The notes under the pieces: generated by a model
Seen by the model: only the letters and a program-made list of their open reading frames with translations
Database searches by the model: none
Told to the model about the DNA's origin: nothing
Part shown: positions 54,958-64,000 of the stretch, in pieces
How positions within the stretch are numbered: the stretch's first letter is position 1
How the letters are laid out: each line of letters opens with the position of its first letter
Source of the DNA: Ignavibacteriota bacterium
Lineage (GTDB): Bacteria > Bacteroidota > Ignavibacteria > UBA10030 > UBA6906
Assembly: GCA_963801355.1 (NCBI GenBank)
Contig: CAWDEM010000004.1
Location: 256,001 to 320,000 of the forward strand
Length of the DNA stretch: 64,000 bases
Direction of reading: 5' to 3'
Position numbers and translations under genes: made by a program

Positions 54958-55647
54958 TTAGAAGTTGTAAGAAAGTGTTAGCCCCTTGGGCGTGTAATTC
55001 AGTGACAGACTCTGGCGAAGGTTCTTGTTGTAACTTGAAATGCCTAAAGGAACAGTAGCAATGTCAATGACACGAATGACCAACAGAACCCAGATCGGAG
55101 TTAGTGCTGATGCTGCATGCGATTCTCCATACTTGGTATTGCGAAGAAGGTCAATTCCGTGAACAACGAACCAGACAGTGCATCCAACTTCAGCTATCAA
55201 GAATGGCACTCCTGCTCCATCTTCAGCATAGAAGTGGCCCCCTCCCGGCAGAAGAAATGAATAGAGTATTCCTGCCCCTATTTCCTTTCGCTGGAACAGA
55301 TACCGATTCATCTGTTCTGGGGTCATATTCTGTATTTCAATTTCAGGTTTGTCCCTGGTGTTACTGGTGTCACTGGTGAGATAGGAACTTGGGCCGTTAT
55401 TAACGGCACTTTTAACGATTTTGGCTATATCGCCCAACAGCACAGTCTTCTCGCTGAACCAGTAGCTCCCGATCTGATCCTGTGATTCATTGACAAATCT
55501 AAATCTTACTCGGTCTGCTGTTAGTTCGAGAACCGCAACATTGCTCCATACATAACCATTGGTCAGGTAAATGTCATCACTGGAGGCAGTTCCAGAAGCA
55601 AATAGGATTAGAACAAGGATGCGAACGAGCAACAATGAAGTCTTCAT
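54958..55647 (-). CDS. Exported hypothetical protein with TM2-like segment
   Basis: Signal peptide; KEIGAGILYSFLLPGGGHFY; ends in LSYNF; GAGGGG RBS; lower GC. Confidence 0.7.
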   Translation of the reverse strand: MKTSLLLVRILVLILFASGTASSDDIYLTNGYVWSNVAVLELTADRVRFRFVNESQDQIGSYWFSEKTVLLGDIAKIVKSAVNNGPSSYLTSDTSNTRDKPEIEIQNMTPEQMNRYLFQRKEIGAGILYSFLLPGGGHFYAEDGAGVPFLIAEVGCTVWFVVHGIDLLRNTKYGESHAASALTPIWVLLVIRVIDIATVPLGISSYNKNLRQSLSLNYTPKGLTLSYNF

Positions 55648-55814
55648 GAGATTCCCCCTCAAGGAGCATTCATGGTAGGATACTACAGAAGATACTCTAC
55701 GGTTGTGGTATAGTCAAACGAAGGAGTTGGTGTCAACACAGGAAGAAGGGAACTCTGAAACAAGGAGTTCCCTTCTGGTTGGCCCATCGGTCCTGTCGAA
55801 TAGAATACTGAAGC

Positions 55815-57080
55815 TCATCTCAACAACAGCAGCCGCTTCGTTGATACAAAATCTCCCGCTTGCAGTCGATAGAAGTAAACCCCACTCGTGAGATTCCAAG
55901 CATCGAATTTCACCTCATACGACCCCGCGTTCTTCCTCTCATTCACAAGCACGGTCACCTCACGACCGAGGATGTCGTACACGAACAGCTTCACATCACT
56001 GACCTCTGGCAACTGATACCTGATTACTGTCGTAGGGTTGAAGGGATTGGGGTAGTTCTGTTCCAGGAGGAACAGCCCGGGAGTCTGAGGCGAAGATTGC
56101 ACTGCTAGCGGCCCCTTGATGTCCGCCAGCATAGCGATCGATCCCGCCGCCAGCTTTGCCAGATTGTGGAAGTACGAGAGGTTGAAGTACTGGAGTCTGT
56201 CGGATGTCTTGTGGTAGTGTGGGTTGAGCGGGGACTCTTCGCCGAATGAAACGGCACCATAGCCGCGCCTCCAGAACTCCCTGTGATCACTGTTGTAAGC
56301 ACCGGGATTGTGCACTACGGGCTTCAGACCGAGACCATATCGCCGACAGACAAGCGTCAGCGTATCGGCAAGCTTTGACGACTGTCCGATGTCGCTCGCT
56401 TGGATTGCCATCACACTATCGTTCTCACCGTCCCATCCCAGCATGTCAAGGTTTACTACTCCGAGGATCGTATCCCCTTGTGCCGCTGCGGAATCAGCAT
56501 GAGCAGCGCTACCCCAGGCCCCAACTTCTTCTGCATCCCAGAAGGCATAGACCACGCTGTAGGCGGTCTTGTAGCGGGAGACGAGCCGGGCCGTCTCCAG
56601 AAGGGCTGCGCACCCGGAGGCATTGTCATCAGCCCCTGGAGCAATGATGGTATCTGTATGCGAGTCAAAATGGGAGCCAAGGATGTATTTCCGGGAGGGA
56701 AAAAGAGTTCCGCTCTGCTCGGCAAGGACATTAGCTCCTTCCCCCTTAAATGCCCCAAAGAAAAAGAAATATGTGAATTTCTGTCGTTGTGGGCGTAGGC
56801 CGAGGTTCATGAGTTTCTGCATCAAGTATTCTGCCGCCAGAGCATTCGCTGACTTCCGAACATCGCGGGAGTAGATTGTATCGCCCGTCCCTCCGTTTTT
56901 TGAACCCACTTCACCTGACAGGACCCTGACGGTGGCCACCAGAGAGTCGAGGCTTACAGCGTCGATGACTTCCTGGACGGCTGGAAGTTGTGCCTGGGCA
57001 TGAGGTGATGCAACGCAGGCAAGCAGCAGGACTGCGGCGAAGGCAGAGACGGTTTTCATTGAGGCACTGTCCTTCTTCAT
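55815..57080 (-). CDS. Secreted M28 metallopeptidase with C-terminal T9SS-type sorting domain
   Basis: SHFDS, GADDNASG, AEE, NLDM, SDH, YH; QNYPNPFNP...GVYFYRL. Confidence 0.92.
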   Translation of the reverse strand: MKKDSASMKTVSAFAAVLLLACVASPHAQAQLPAVQEVIDAVSLDSLVATVRVLSGEVGSKNGGTGDTIYSRDVRKSANALAAEYLMQKLMNLGLRPQRQKFTYFFFFGAFKGEGANVLAEQSGTLFPSRKYILGSHFDSHTDTIIAPGADDNASGCAALLETARLVSRYKTAYSVVYAFWDAEEVGAWGSAAHADSAAAQGDTILGVVNLDMLGWDGENDSVMAIQASDIGQSSKLADTLTLVCRRYGLGLKPVVHNPGAYNSDHREFWRRGYGAVSFGEESPLNPHYHKTSDRLQYFNLSYFHNLAKLAAGSIAMLADIKGPLAVQSSPQTPGLFLLEQNYPNPFNPTTVIRYQLPEVSDVKLFVYDILGREVTVLVNERKNAGSYEVKFDAWNLTSGVYFYRLQAGDFVSTKRLLLLR

Positions 57081-57176
57081 GTACTCCGGTTTGTGCAGGA
57101 GGCGGTGCTTCGAGCCTTACTACGCGAGCACTGGTCTCCGCAGTTACCGTCTAATCAGGCGCGGACACGGTGTGGG

Positions 57177-59507
57177 CTATTTCAGAATAATGAGCTTCTT
57201 CGATTGGACGAAATCTCCTACCTGGATCTGGTACAAGTACACTCCACTCGCAATATTCGAACCGTCGAACCTCACCTCGTGAACACTCGCATCCCTCCTC
57301 TCGTTCACCAACAAGGTCACTTCGCGTCCAAGCACATCGTATACACTCAACCTGACTGCCGATGCTCGCGGCAACTCGTACTTGATGGTCGTGCTCGGGT
57401 TGAAGGGGTTGGGGTAGTTCTGGTGAAGCATATATACGAATGGCATGTCTGCGATGTTCGTGAAGACACCAGTTACCACGGCAAATCTGATTCTTGTGGT
57501 AGCAGATTTCCTCCAGTTGTCAAAAACACCCACTGTCGCATCGAGTTGAAATTTGACGTCATACGTTTGGGACGTGAGGAGCCCTGGTCGAATACTGCAT
57601 GTAACTCGCTGGGAGTCCCCAGCCGCAACCCAGAATGATGTCGGAAACAGCGACACGGCTGAGTCCGGGCCAACAAAGCCCGGAAGCCTCGTGATCTTCA
57701 CTGAGTCCCCCACGAGACCGAGGTTCCGAACAACGAATATCGTGTCACGAGTAGTCAACGATTGCGGAATCAGTCCCAGAACCAGAACACTCGTACTCAT
57801 TGTCAAATAGGCAGTTGCGACTAATGGTATTGCGTCGCGGAGCATCCAGTAGTCAGGGTCCAGCGCCACGCTGTCGGGCCAATGCGATGCATGAATGGTG
57901 AACCGTTGGTCGGGAGCATTGTTCATAATGGTGACGGTGGTATCCCATCCAGCAGCAAACAGCCTCACGTCAATGGGCATCGTGAAGAATGAAGGGGGCA
58001 GACTCCGCTGCTGCTGGATGATGCGCAGTGGCACAGAATATCCAGGGACGGCTTTTTCTACAGACCACAACGCCAGGTAGTTCGGATACCCCTGCCCATA
58101 GATCCACTCATCGAAGAAGTAGCCGAGCGGCTTGCCGTATAGACTCTCACACACCTGTCTGAAGTCTTCCGTCGTTGCCAGACCGAATCGGAAACGCGGA
58201 TCCTGCGCATACGACTTGACGGCCAGGAAGAAGACCGAATCGCCCATAAGGTGCCTGAGCATATGCAGGGCCATTGCACCTTTTGAGAACACCCGGTTCC
58301 AGTTCCACATAGCGGACGGATTCAATGTATCGGAGAGGAAAGCAGAACCCGATGCCTGCTTTGCCCTAACCCGCTCCTGGTTCATATAGGTCAGAAAGAA
58401 CGAAGTCCCGTAGTGCCTTTCATAGTACAGTGCGCTACCATACACCGCAAATCCTTCATTCAACCATAGATGCCGCCAGCCGGCCAGGCTAATCATATCT
58501 CCAAACCACTGGTGGGCAAGCTCATGTACAACGCAATCCTCTGTGAACAATTGAAGTGATGTCATGGTCTGATGTTCAAACCCTCCGCCGTAGTTGTTTT
58601 CAGCATGTCCATACTTTTCGTTGATGAAAGGGTATTGACCAAACAAGTCCGAAAGGATGCGGATCATTTCAACCGTCTTCGCGAGAAATGTGTCCGCGCC
58701 CGCCAAGTGTTCAGGAAGGACGTAATTCAAAACGGGCATCGAGTCTGTTGGCGTATATCTGAACCAGTTAGTGAACTCAGAATAGTTCGTAATGGCTACT
58801 GAAACGAGATATGTACAAATTGGGTAGCGCTCCGCCCACTGATAAGTGCTCGTGCCGTCTCCGTTGTTGATGACTTTTAGGAGTTTCCCGTTGGAACCTA
58901 CCTTCATGGTGCTGTCGATCGTGACCCATATGTCCACGGAGTCAGCCTTGTCCGAAGGATGGTCCTTGCATGGCCACCAGTATCTTGCACCATATGGTTG
59001 GCTGCAAGACCATATCCAGGGTATACCTCCATGGGTCGAAAAGGTAAAGTAATAGCTGCTTGGATCCGGCAGTCCACGATAATGGACATCGAGGGAGAGC
59101 AGTTCACCCAGCGAATATACTCGGTCGAGGTTCACCGTTACGGTTGACGTCTGTTGTACAAATGATAGGCTTGTGCCCCCTGTCGTTATAGAGTCGACGG
59201 TCATGAAGTTCATCAGGTCGAGCGTCACGGTCTGAAGGCTTGCGGAGTTGCTTATTGCCTTCATTGTCACAACGCCACGGAGGTAATTCGGGGAAGTTGT
59301 GATTGTCAGATCGAGTTTGTAGTACTTCACGTCGATGTTGGGATCGGATGACGGTTGTTGTGTTGCCTCCTGCAACCTTGCATACCGCCGCATCTCACTA
59401 TTCGAGAGTGATTCTCGATATGACGGGGTTGAGAAGGGGGATTGTTGCCCATGCGACAACGAGGTGGCCACAACGAATGTGACCATAATGCATGCGAGTC
59501 TGTTCAT
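57177..59507 (-). CDS. Secreted M1 aminopeptidase with C-terminal T9SS-type sorting domain
   Basis: GGFEH, HELAHQWFG...WLNEGFA; QNYPNPFNP CTD; AGGAGG RBS. Confidence 0.93.
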   Translation of the reverse strand: MNRLACIMVTFVVATSLSHGQQSPFSTPSYRESLSNSEMRRYARLQEATQQPSSDPNIDVKYYKLDLTITTSPNYLRGVVTMKAISNSASLQTVTLDLMNFMTVDSITTGGTSLSFVQQTSTVTVNLDRVYSLGELLSLDVHYRGLPDPSSYYFTFSTHGGIPWIWSCSQPYGARYWWPCKDHPSDKADSVDIWVTIDSTMKVGSNGKLLKVINNGDGTSTYQWAERYPICTYLVSVAITNYSEFTNWFRYTPTDSMPVLNYVLPEHLAGADTFLAKTVEMIRILSDLFGQYPFINEKYGHAENNYGGGFEHQTMTSLQLFTEDCVVHELAHQWFGDMISLAGWRHLWLNEGFAVYGSALYYERHYGTSFFLTYMNQERVRAKQASGSAFLSDTLNPSAMWNWNRVFSKGAMALHMLRHLMGDSVFFLAVKSYAQDPRFRFGLATTEDFRQVCESLYGKPLGYFFDEWIYGQGYPNYLALWSVEKAVPGYSVPLRIIQQQRSLPPSFFTMPIDVRLFAAGWDTTVTIMNNAPDQRFTIHASHWPDSVALDPDYWMLRDAIPLVATAYLTMSTSVLVLGLIPQSLTTRDTIFVVRNLGLVGDSVKITRLPGFVGPDSAVSLFPTSFWVAAGDSQRVTCSIRPGLLTSQTYDVKFQLDATVGVFDNWRKSATTRIRFAVVTGVFTNIADMPFVYMLHQNYPNPFNPSTTIKYELPRASAVRLSVYDVLGREVTLLVNERRDASVHEVRFDGSNIASGVYLYQIQVGDFVQSKKLIILK

Positions 59508-59765
59508 TGTCACCTCCTGATGAACTGAAGGGCTAACCCTCTGTAGGCCAGCGGGTCGTCGTGGTGGGCTCTACAACAGGGTCCAGAGCGACGGCTCGAT
59601 GGCGCTTTCACAGTGTCTCAGAGCACAGGTGACTGCAGGGGATGAGATACTTCGGGAATCCGTACGAGAGATGGGAGTGTAAGAGCAGAGGCAAGAATCG
59701 GACTTGCGCCCTCAGGTCTCATACGGCAACCACCCCGTCCACCGCATGGAGACCTATATGGCCTG

Positions 59766-59794
59766 AATATAGTGCCCCCCACCGGCATTGTCAA
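59766..59794 (-). promoter_or_regulatory. Sigma70 promoter for the M1/M28 peptidase genes
   Basis: TTGACA-N17-TATATT. Confidence 0.7.
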
Positions 59795-59856
59795 TTCCTG
59801 CAATTCTGATTCTCTTGTAGGAATTCAGGAAGTCTTCGTGTAGGAATTTTCCTACA
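59793..59856. promoter_or_regulatory. Transcription-factor binding site array
   Basis: Palindrome TGTAGGAA-TT-TTCCTACA at 59839-59856; half-sites TGTAGGAATT at 59816 and AATTCCTGCA at 59793. Confidence 0.6.
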
Positions 59857-60064
59857 TCATTTCACCTGGTGCAAAGGGCGTTTGAAGCACCTTCTTGCCC
59901 TCTTTTCATTCCCTCAGAAGCCAACATCACCCAGCCCCCGGGCTTTCCCCAACCCGGCTCCACTTGACCAAAGAACTCTCACTTGGTCGACAGGTCAGAA
60001 TTCGAAGGACAGCAACGCCATTCCTTTGTGGCGCTTGAACAACAATTCCCCTGGCAGGGTTGAC

Positions 60065-60093
60065 AAAACAAAAAACCCGGCTGGATGGCCGGG
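60065..60093 (-). terminator. Rho-independent terminator
   Basis: Minus strand CCCGGC-CATCCA-GCCGGG followed by TTTTTTGTTTT. Confidence 0.8.
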
Positions 60094-60215
60094 CTTCATT
60101 ATCAGTGTTTCTGTCTGTCAGTCCTACAGCCGATTGACGGCTTCATGTAGTGTTGACTCAGCGATGAGTGAATGCTTTCCAAAACACATGATAACTAGAC
60201 ACGGCCACAAAAACA
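60065..60215 (-). ncRNA. Candidate structured small RNA of about 150 nt
   Basis: Putative promoter TTGCCG-N17-AATAAT (60250-60222), nested base-paired rod at 60099-60194, intrinsic terminator. Confidence 0.5.
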
Positions 60216-60317
60216 ACTGATATTATTCCCCCCTTATGTTCTTGCGGCAAACGCCTTCATAGCGCGCAAGATCGTGTTGTGTTGCATTTTAGTGGGGGAA
60301 ATGAGTTCATTGGAAAA

Positions 60318-61283
60318 ATGCCCGGACATCTCATACTCGGCGCGGCCCTCATCGCATGTGTGTGCGGCTTGTGCCCGGAAGTGCACGCGCAAGAACCCAG
60401 GGTCGCCGGTTCGCCGAAGAACAGCCGTCTCGCCTTCATCAGCGACACGCAGACTCCCCTCTGGCTTGAGGCGCTGGTTCTGGGTGGGCACCGGAACGTG
60501 GAGGCGACTGACACCCTACTTGCACATATTCTGAGGACCCGCCCTGCCTCCCTGTTCATGCTGGGAGATCTCGTGTCCTTCGGTGCGTATACCGGATCGT
60601 GGCACACGATGGAGCAGAATATCCTCTCCATGCGCAAAGCCCAAATTCCGGTGCATGCCATCCTCGGCAACCACGAATTGATGATCTACGCCCGCACAGG
60701 CGAGAGTTTCTTTGCAGACATGTTTACCGACCACGTGCGGACCGGCTACTGCGTGAGTGTGGATTCCGTGGCGGTTCTCCTGCTGAATTCGAATTTTGAC
60801 AACCTCGACGAGGCCGAACAACAGCAACAGCTGCAGTGGTATACGCAGACCCTGGATTCACTCGAGCAGGATCCCGGGACGGTCAGCATTGTCGTCTGCT
60901 GCCATCATTCTCCCTTCACGAACAGTACGATTGTTGAGGCATCCGGGCCTGTGCGCCAGATGTTTGTTCCGCCCTACATCCGCACCGCCAAATGCCTCCT
61001 GTTCCTCTCCGGTCATACCCATGCCTTTGAACATTTCAGAGAACAGGGGAAGGACTTCCTGGTCATCGGCGGGGGCGGAGGGAGCCGGCATGTTCTGTTG
61101 ACGGACACCGAGGAGATCTGGAAGGATCGTGCTCCAGATAAGAAACCGCTGTTTCATTATCTCACGGTGGACCGCCGTGGGGCGTCCCTCCACGCCACTG
61201 TGCAGGGGCTGAGGGCGGATTTCCACGACGTTGAAGAGACGTATGTCCTTGATGTTCCTGCATCGCAGCCCATCCCGCACTGA
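60318..61283 (+). CDS. Exported calcineurin-like metallophosphoesterase
   Basis: SDTQ, GDLV, GNHE, HH, SGHTH; signal peptide. Confidence 0.9.
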   Translation: MPGHLILGAALIACVCGLCPEVHAQEPRVAGSPKNSRLAFISDTQTPLWLEALVLGGHRNVEATDTLLAHILRTRPASLFMLGDLVSFGAYTGSWHTMEQNILSMRKAQIPVHAILGNHELMIYARTGESFFADMFTDHVRTGYCVSVDSVAVLLLNSNFDNLDEAEQQQQLQWYTQTLDSLEQDPGTVSIVVCCHHSPFTNSTIVEASGPVRQMFVPPYIRTAKCLLFLSGHTHAFEHFREQGKDFLVIGGGGGSRHVLLTDTEEIWKDRAPDKKPLFHYLTVDRRGASLHATVQGLRADFHDVEETYVLDVPASQPIPH

Positions 61284-61319
61284 GGAACATGGCTGATCAG
61301 ATCGTTGATGACACTGCCG

Positions 61320-61703
61320 CTAGTTCAGTTTCTTCAGCAACTCTTCGAGGAACTGTTTCACATCCAGTACATCTGCCCGCAGCAGCTCATCTTTGATCTT
61401 CGCCCGCTGTTTCGGTGGCTCCATCAGCTCCAGCTGTTCCCCGTTGTCAACTTCCGGAGAGAAATTCTTCAGAACCTGTTTTGCGCCCTCGATGGTATAG
61501 CGTTCGTCGCGGAGGAGTTTCTTGATGTAGAGGATGAGTTTGATGTCGCGGTTGGTGTAGATGCGGTTTCCCGCACGGTTCTTGGCCGGCTTGAGCTGTT
61601 CGAACTCTGATTCCCAGTAGCGCAGAACGTATTGTTCGAGGTCGGTGATTTTGCTGACCTCACTGATAGAGTAGTACAGTTTCTTGATGCCGAGCGATTT
61701 CAT
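61320..61703 (-). CDS. MerR family HTH transcriptional regulator
   Basis: YYSISEVS, VLRYWESEF, GNRIYT, YTIEGAK. Confidence 0.92.
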   Translation of the reverse strand: MKSLGIKKLYYSISEVSKITDLEQYVLRYWESEFEQLKPAKNRAGNRIYTNRDIKLILYIKKLLRDERYTIEGAKQVLKNFSPEVDNGEQLELMEPPKQRAKIKDELLRADVLDVKQFLEELLKKLN

Positions 61704-61724
61704 AGCGGGTCCAAGGATGTCGGG

Positions 61725-61753
61725 AGTATATGATTTCCGTGTCAGAGATGCAA
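61725..61753 (-). promoter_or_regulatory. Sigma70-like promoter for the MerR gene
   Basis: TTGCAT-N17-TATACT. Confidence 0.6.
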
Positions 61754-61758
61754 CGCGC

Positions 61759-62328
61759 TCACCTGTGCTGTCTGGTGCGGGCGATCTGGAGATCAACATC
61801 TTTCAGTTTTTTGAGTTCAGTGTTTGCGGCAAAGAGCTGTTCTTCCAGCTCCAGCGTCCGGCGCTGGTGCTCTGCGATGGCGACGCCCTGCTGTCGGATG
61901 ACATTACGGAGGCTGTCGTTCAGGCGCCATTGCACGTTGAGGTCCTGGCGGAGCTCCTGAAGATGCTGCAATTGGGCGGAGTAATTCTCCGCGTGATACC
62001 GGTCTTCCAGTGGAATCGGGCGGCTGAGTGCGGTCCGGAACCAGAGAAGTGCAAGCGAATCATCGCGGGCGGGGTTGTGCGGATCCACGCGGAGGAGACC
62101 GGCTTTGTATGCCGCTTTGGCACCGGGATCTGACTGGGGATAGCGCGTGGCGATGCTGGTGTACACGTCGGTGGCGCGCCGGAGATCCCCGAGACTTTCG
62201 TACGAGAGCGCGAGGTCAAGAACGCGTTCGGTATCAGGACGTGGAGCGGGTGCAACCGTCGCACGGGAAGCGCACCCGGCAACAGCAAACGCCGACGCCA
62301 TAACCAGGATGTAGTTGCGTGCGTTCAT
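61759..62328 (-). CDS. Lipoprotein with TPR-like helices and C-terminal coiled coil (QseG-like architecture)
   Basis: Lipobox VAGC; YPQS helix pair; coiled coil ending LKKLKDVDLQI; AAGGA RBS. Confidence 0.7.
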   Translation of the reverse strand: MNARNYILVMASAFAVAGCASRATVAPAPRPDTERVLDLALSYESLGDLRRATDVYTSIATRYPQSDPGAKAAYKAGLLRVDPHNPARDDSLALLWFRTALSRPIPLEDRYHAENYSAQLQHLQELRQDLNVQWRLNDSLRNVIRQQGVAIAEHQRRTLELEEQLFAANTELKKLKDVDLQIARTRQHR

Positions 62329-62343
62329 ACGCTGACGTCCTTG

Positions 62344-63819
62344 TTAGTTCGGGTGTGGTGCATGGGGGAGGGAGCGCGTGTGTGGTGTGGGGAGCTCCAC
62401 GGTAAACGTGGATCCGACACCAATCGTGCTGGTGGCATAGACTTTGCCGCCGTGGCCGTCCACGATTGCCTTCACGAGTGCAAGACCGACACCCGTCCCC
62501 TTGGTGTCGACGGCGGAAGCACTCTTCCCCTGAAAAAACTTCGTGAACAATTTGGGCAGGTCGTCGGCATCGATGCCAACGCCGGAGTCTTTAACGGCAA
62601 CGCGTGCACCGGTGCCGCAGGGACCGAGCGAGACAGTGATATTGCCGCCTCTGGGTGTGAACTTGACCGCATTGTTCAGGAGATTGCTCACCACCGTGGT
62701 AAACTTGCCGGGATCCACGCTGACAGCAGGCACCGATTGCGCTGCCAGTCCGATCGTAATTTCCTTCGGCGCCGCGGCGATCCGTGCGGTATTGATGATC
62801 GGGGTCAGGAGGGAGAGAAGGTCGACCTGCTGCTTGTTGTATTCCATCACGCCCGCTTCGATCTTGGCAAGGTCCAGAAACTGGTTGCTGAATGTTGACA
62901 TGGCGTCGATGTTGTCACGGATGCTGGTCACCAGATGTTGCTGGCGCTCATTCAGCGGACCCGCAATCTGCTCGGCCAGCATGTAGTAGGCGGCGTGCAT
63001 CGCCTGCAGTGGCGTGCGGAGCTCATGGGAGATCTGCTGCATCATGTCGGCTTTGTATTTGTCGACGTGCTGGAGGCGCTCGCTCATTGCGTTGAACGCC
63101 CGTGCAAGCCGGCCGATCTCGTCGCTGCCATGCACATGGACGGGACGATAATCGCCCCGGGCGATGCGTTCGGTGCCCCTGCGGAGCTGTGAGAGGGGAG
63201 CGGTGACGCCGCGCATCACCCAGTATGCAAACGCAGCGGTCGCCGCAAGCCCGAGCAGGAGCGCACCGAGAGCCACGTCATACCGGCGCGAAGCAGGTTC
63301 ATTGGTCCTTTCCACGGCCGTCGTGGTGGTGGTTGTGCGTGCCTGCTGGTGCACCTGAATCATCTGGTCGATGCGGGCGTGGAGGACGTCCATCGTGTCG
63401 GTGAGCCGGCCCGCAAACGCTGCATGGCCGCCGGGGGCGTCCAGTGAGGCGGCGAGGGATTCATGTGTGCTGCGGAACAGTGTCAGCAACGCCCGCTCAT
63501 CACGTCCGTGCATGCGCTGCTGGAGCGAATCCAGGTATGCACGGGAGATCCGGTGGGTATCACGGCGCAGCCTGGCGTACATGGGGTCCCCCACGGCAAG
63601 ATACTTCCGGGCGTAGCGTTCTTCATCGTCCAGCAGAGGATGGAGTTTCTGCGCCATGCTGATGGTGGCCGGATCTGCAGCTGCACGCGTCGTGACCACC
63701 GGGGCGGCAGGGATGGTGGACCCCTCGGGGGCGCCCAGGAGGAAGGTAAGAGCAACGACCAGGACGGCGACGATTGCGCCGAAGCCCAGCGTCATTTTCC
63801 AGAAAAGTGGGAGTCTCAC
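62344..63819 (-). CDS. HAMP-domain sensor histidine kinase
   Basis: Two TMs, HAMP (DEIGRLARAFNAM), SHELRTPL, NAVKF, DSGVG, GTGVGL; likely GTG start at 63819. Confidence 0.93.
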   Translation of the reverse strand: MRLPLFWKMTLGFGAIVAVLVVALTFLLGAPEGSTIPAAPVVTTRAAADPATISMAQKLHPLLDDEERYARKYLAVGDPMYARLRRDTHRISRAYLDSLQQRMHGRDERALLTLFRSTHESLAASLDAPGGHAAFAGRLTDTMDVLHARIDQMIQVHQQARTTTTTTAVERTNEPASRRYDVALGALLLGLAATAAFAYWVMRGVTAPLSQLRRGTERIARGDYRPVHVHGSDEIGRLARAFNAMSERLQHVDKYKADMMQQISHELRTPLQAMHAAYYMLAEQIAGPLNERQQHLVTSIRDNIDAMSTFSNQFLDLAKIEAGVMEYNKQQVDLLSLLTPIINTARIAAAPKEITIGLAAQSVPAVSVDPGKFTTVVSNLLNNAVKFTPRGGNITVSLGPCGTGARVAVKDSGVGIDADDLPKLFTKFFQGKSASAVDTKGTGVGLALVKAIVDGHGGKVYATSTIGVGSTFTVELPTPHTRSLPHAPHPN

Positions 63820-64000
63820 GTCGATTGATCTTCGATAAGGGCCATGGCTACCACATATGTTCCGGAATGCGAGAGGGAGAGATGAATGCTCGCGGTTCCG
63901 AAATCTTCGCGCAGGCGACCGTGGAGCAATATTCTTGGCCTGCCGGAAGGATCGTTGGACACTTCGACATCCTTCCACCGGAATTCACCGGCCCACCCTG

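Noticed and set aside
60099-60194. SAM-I riboswitch or SRP RNA assignment for the structured RNA
   Set aside because: TTATCA/TGATAA resembles SAM-I P1 but the AGA/GAGGGA core is missing; no SRP GGAA loop with its conserved internal loop
59882-60220. 112-aa + strand ORF
   Set aside because: TTG start, no motifs, and it runs through a terminator and structured RNA; better explained as non-coding

Overview
GC-rich bacterial chromosomal segment. Gene content and order (split atp operon with upstream M23 peptidase and bactofilin, extended S16, MqnA-type enzyme, proteins ending in QNYPNPFNP C-terminal sorting domains) point to an Ignavibacteria/Chlorobi-Bacteroidota (FCB) lineage; this is an inference. 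About 1-47.7 kb is mostly housekeeping: eno, PGM/PMM, ABC-F, rlmD, atpZIBEFHAG, ffh-rpsP-khpA-rimM-trmD-rplS, recN, cysS, cobB, pyk, ligA, HU, DinG. About 47.7-60.3 kb is accessory-like: a glycan locus (flippase, URO-D-fold protein, GT2, SAM methyltransferase, GT4, FkbM), a short integrase-like remnant next to tRNA-Pro(GGG), two secreted metallopeptidases and a long structured intergenic region. The window ends with a metallophosphoesterase, a MerR regulator and a sensor kinase/lipoprotein pair. Best unexplained signals: (1) a rod-shaped candidate ncRNA at about 60065-60215 between a promoter and a terminator; (2) a URO-D/MtaA-fold protein lacking both canonical catalytic signatures inside the glycan locus; (3) four 10-bp repeats 5' of tRNA-Pro with an integrase stub 3' of it; (4) a perfect 16-bp palindrome in the recN promoter; (5) several apparently leaderless genes. 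No CRISPR array, rRNA or intact transposase was seen. All calls are by eye; no database searches were run.
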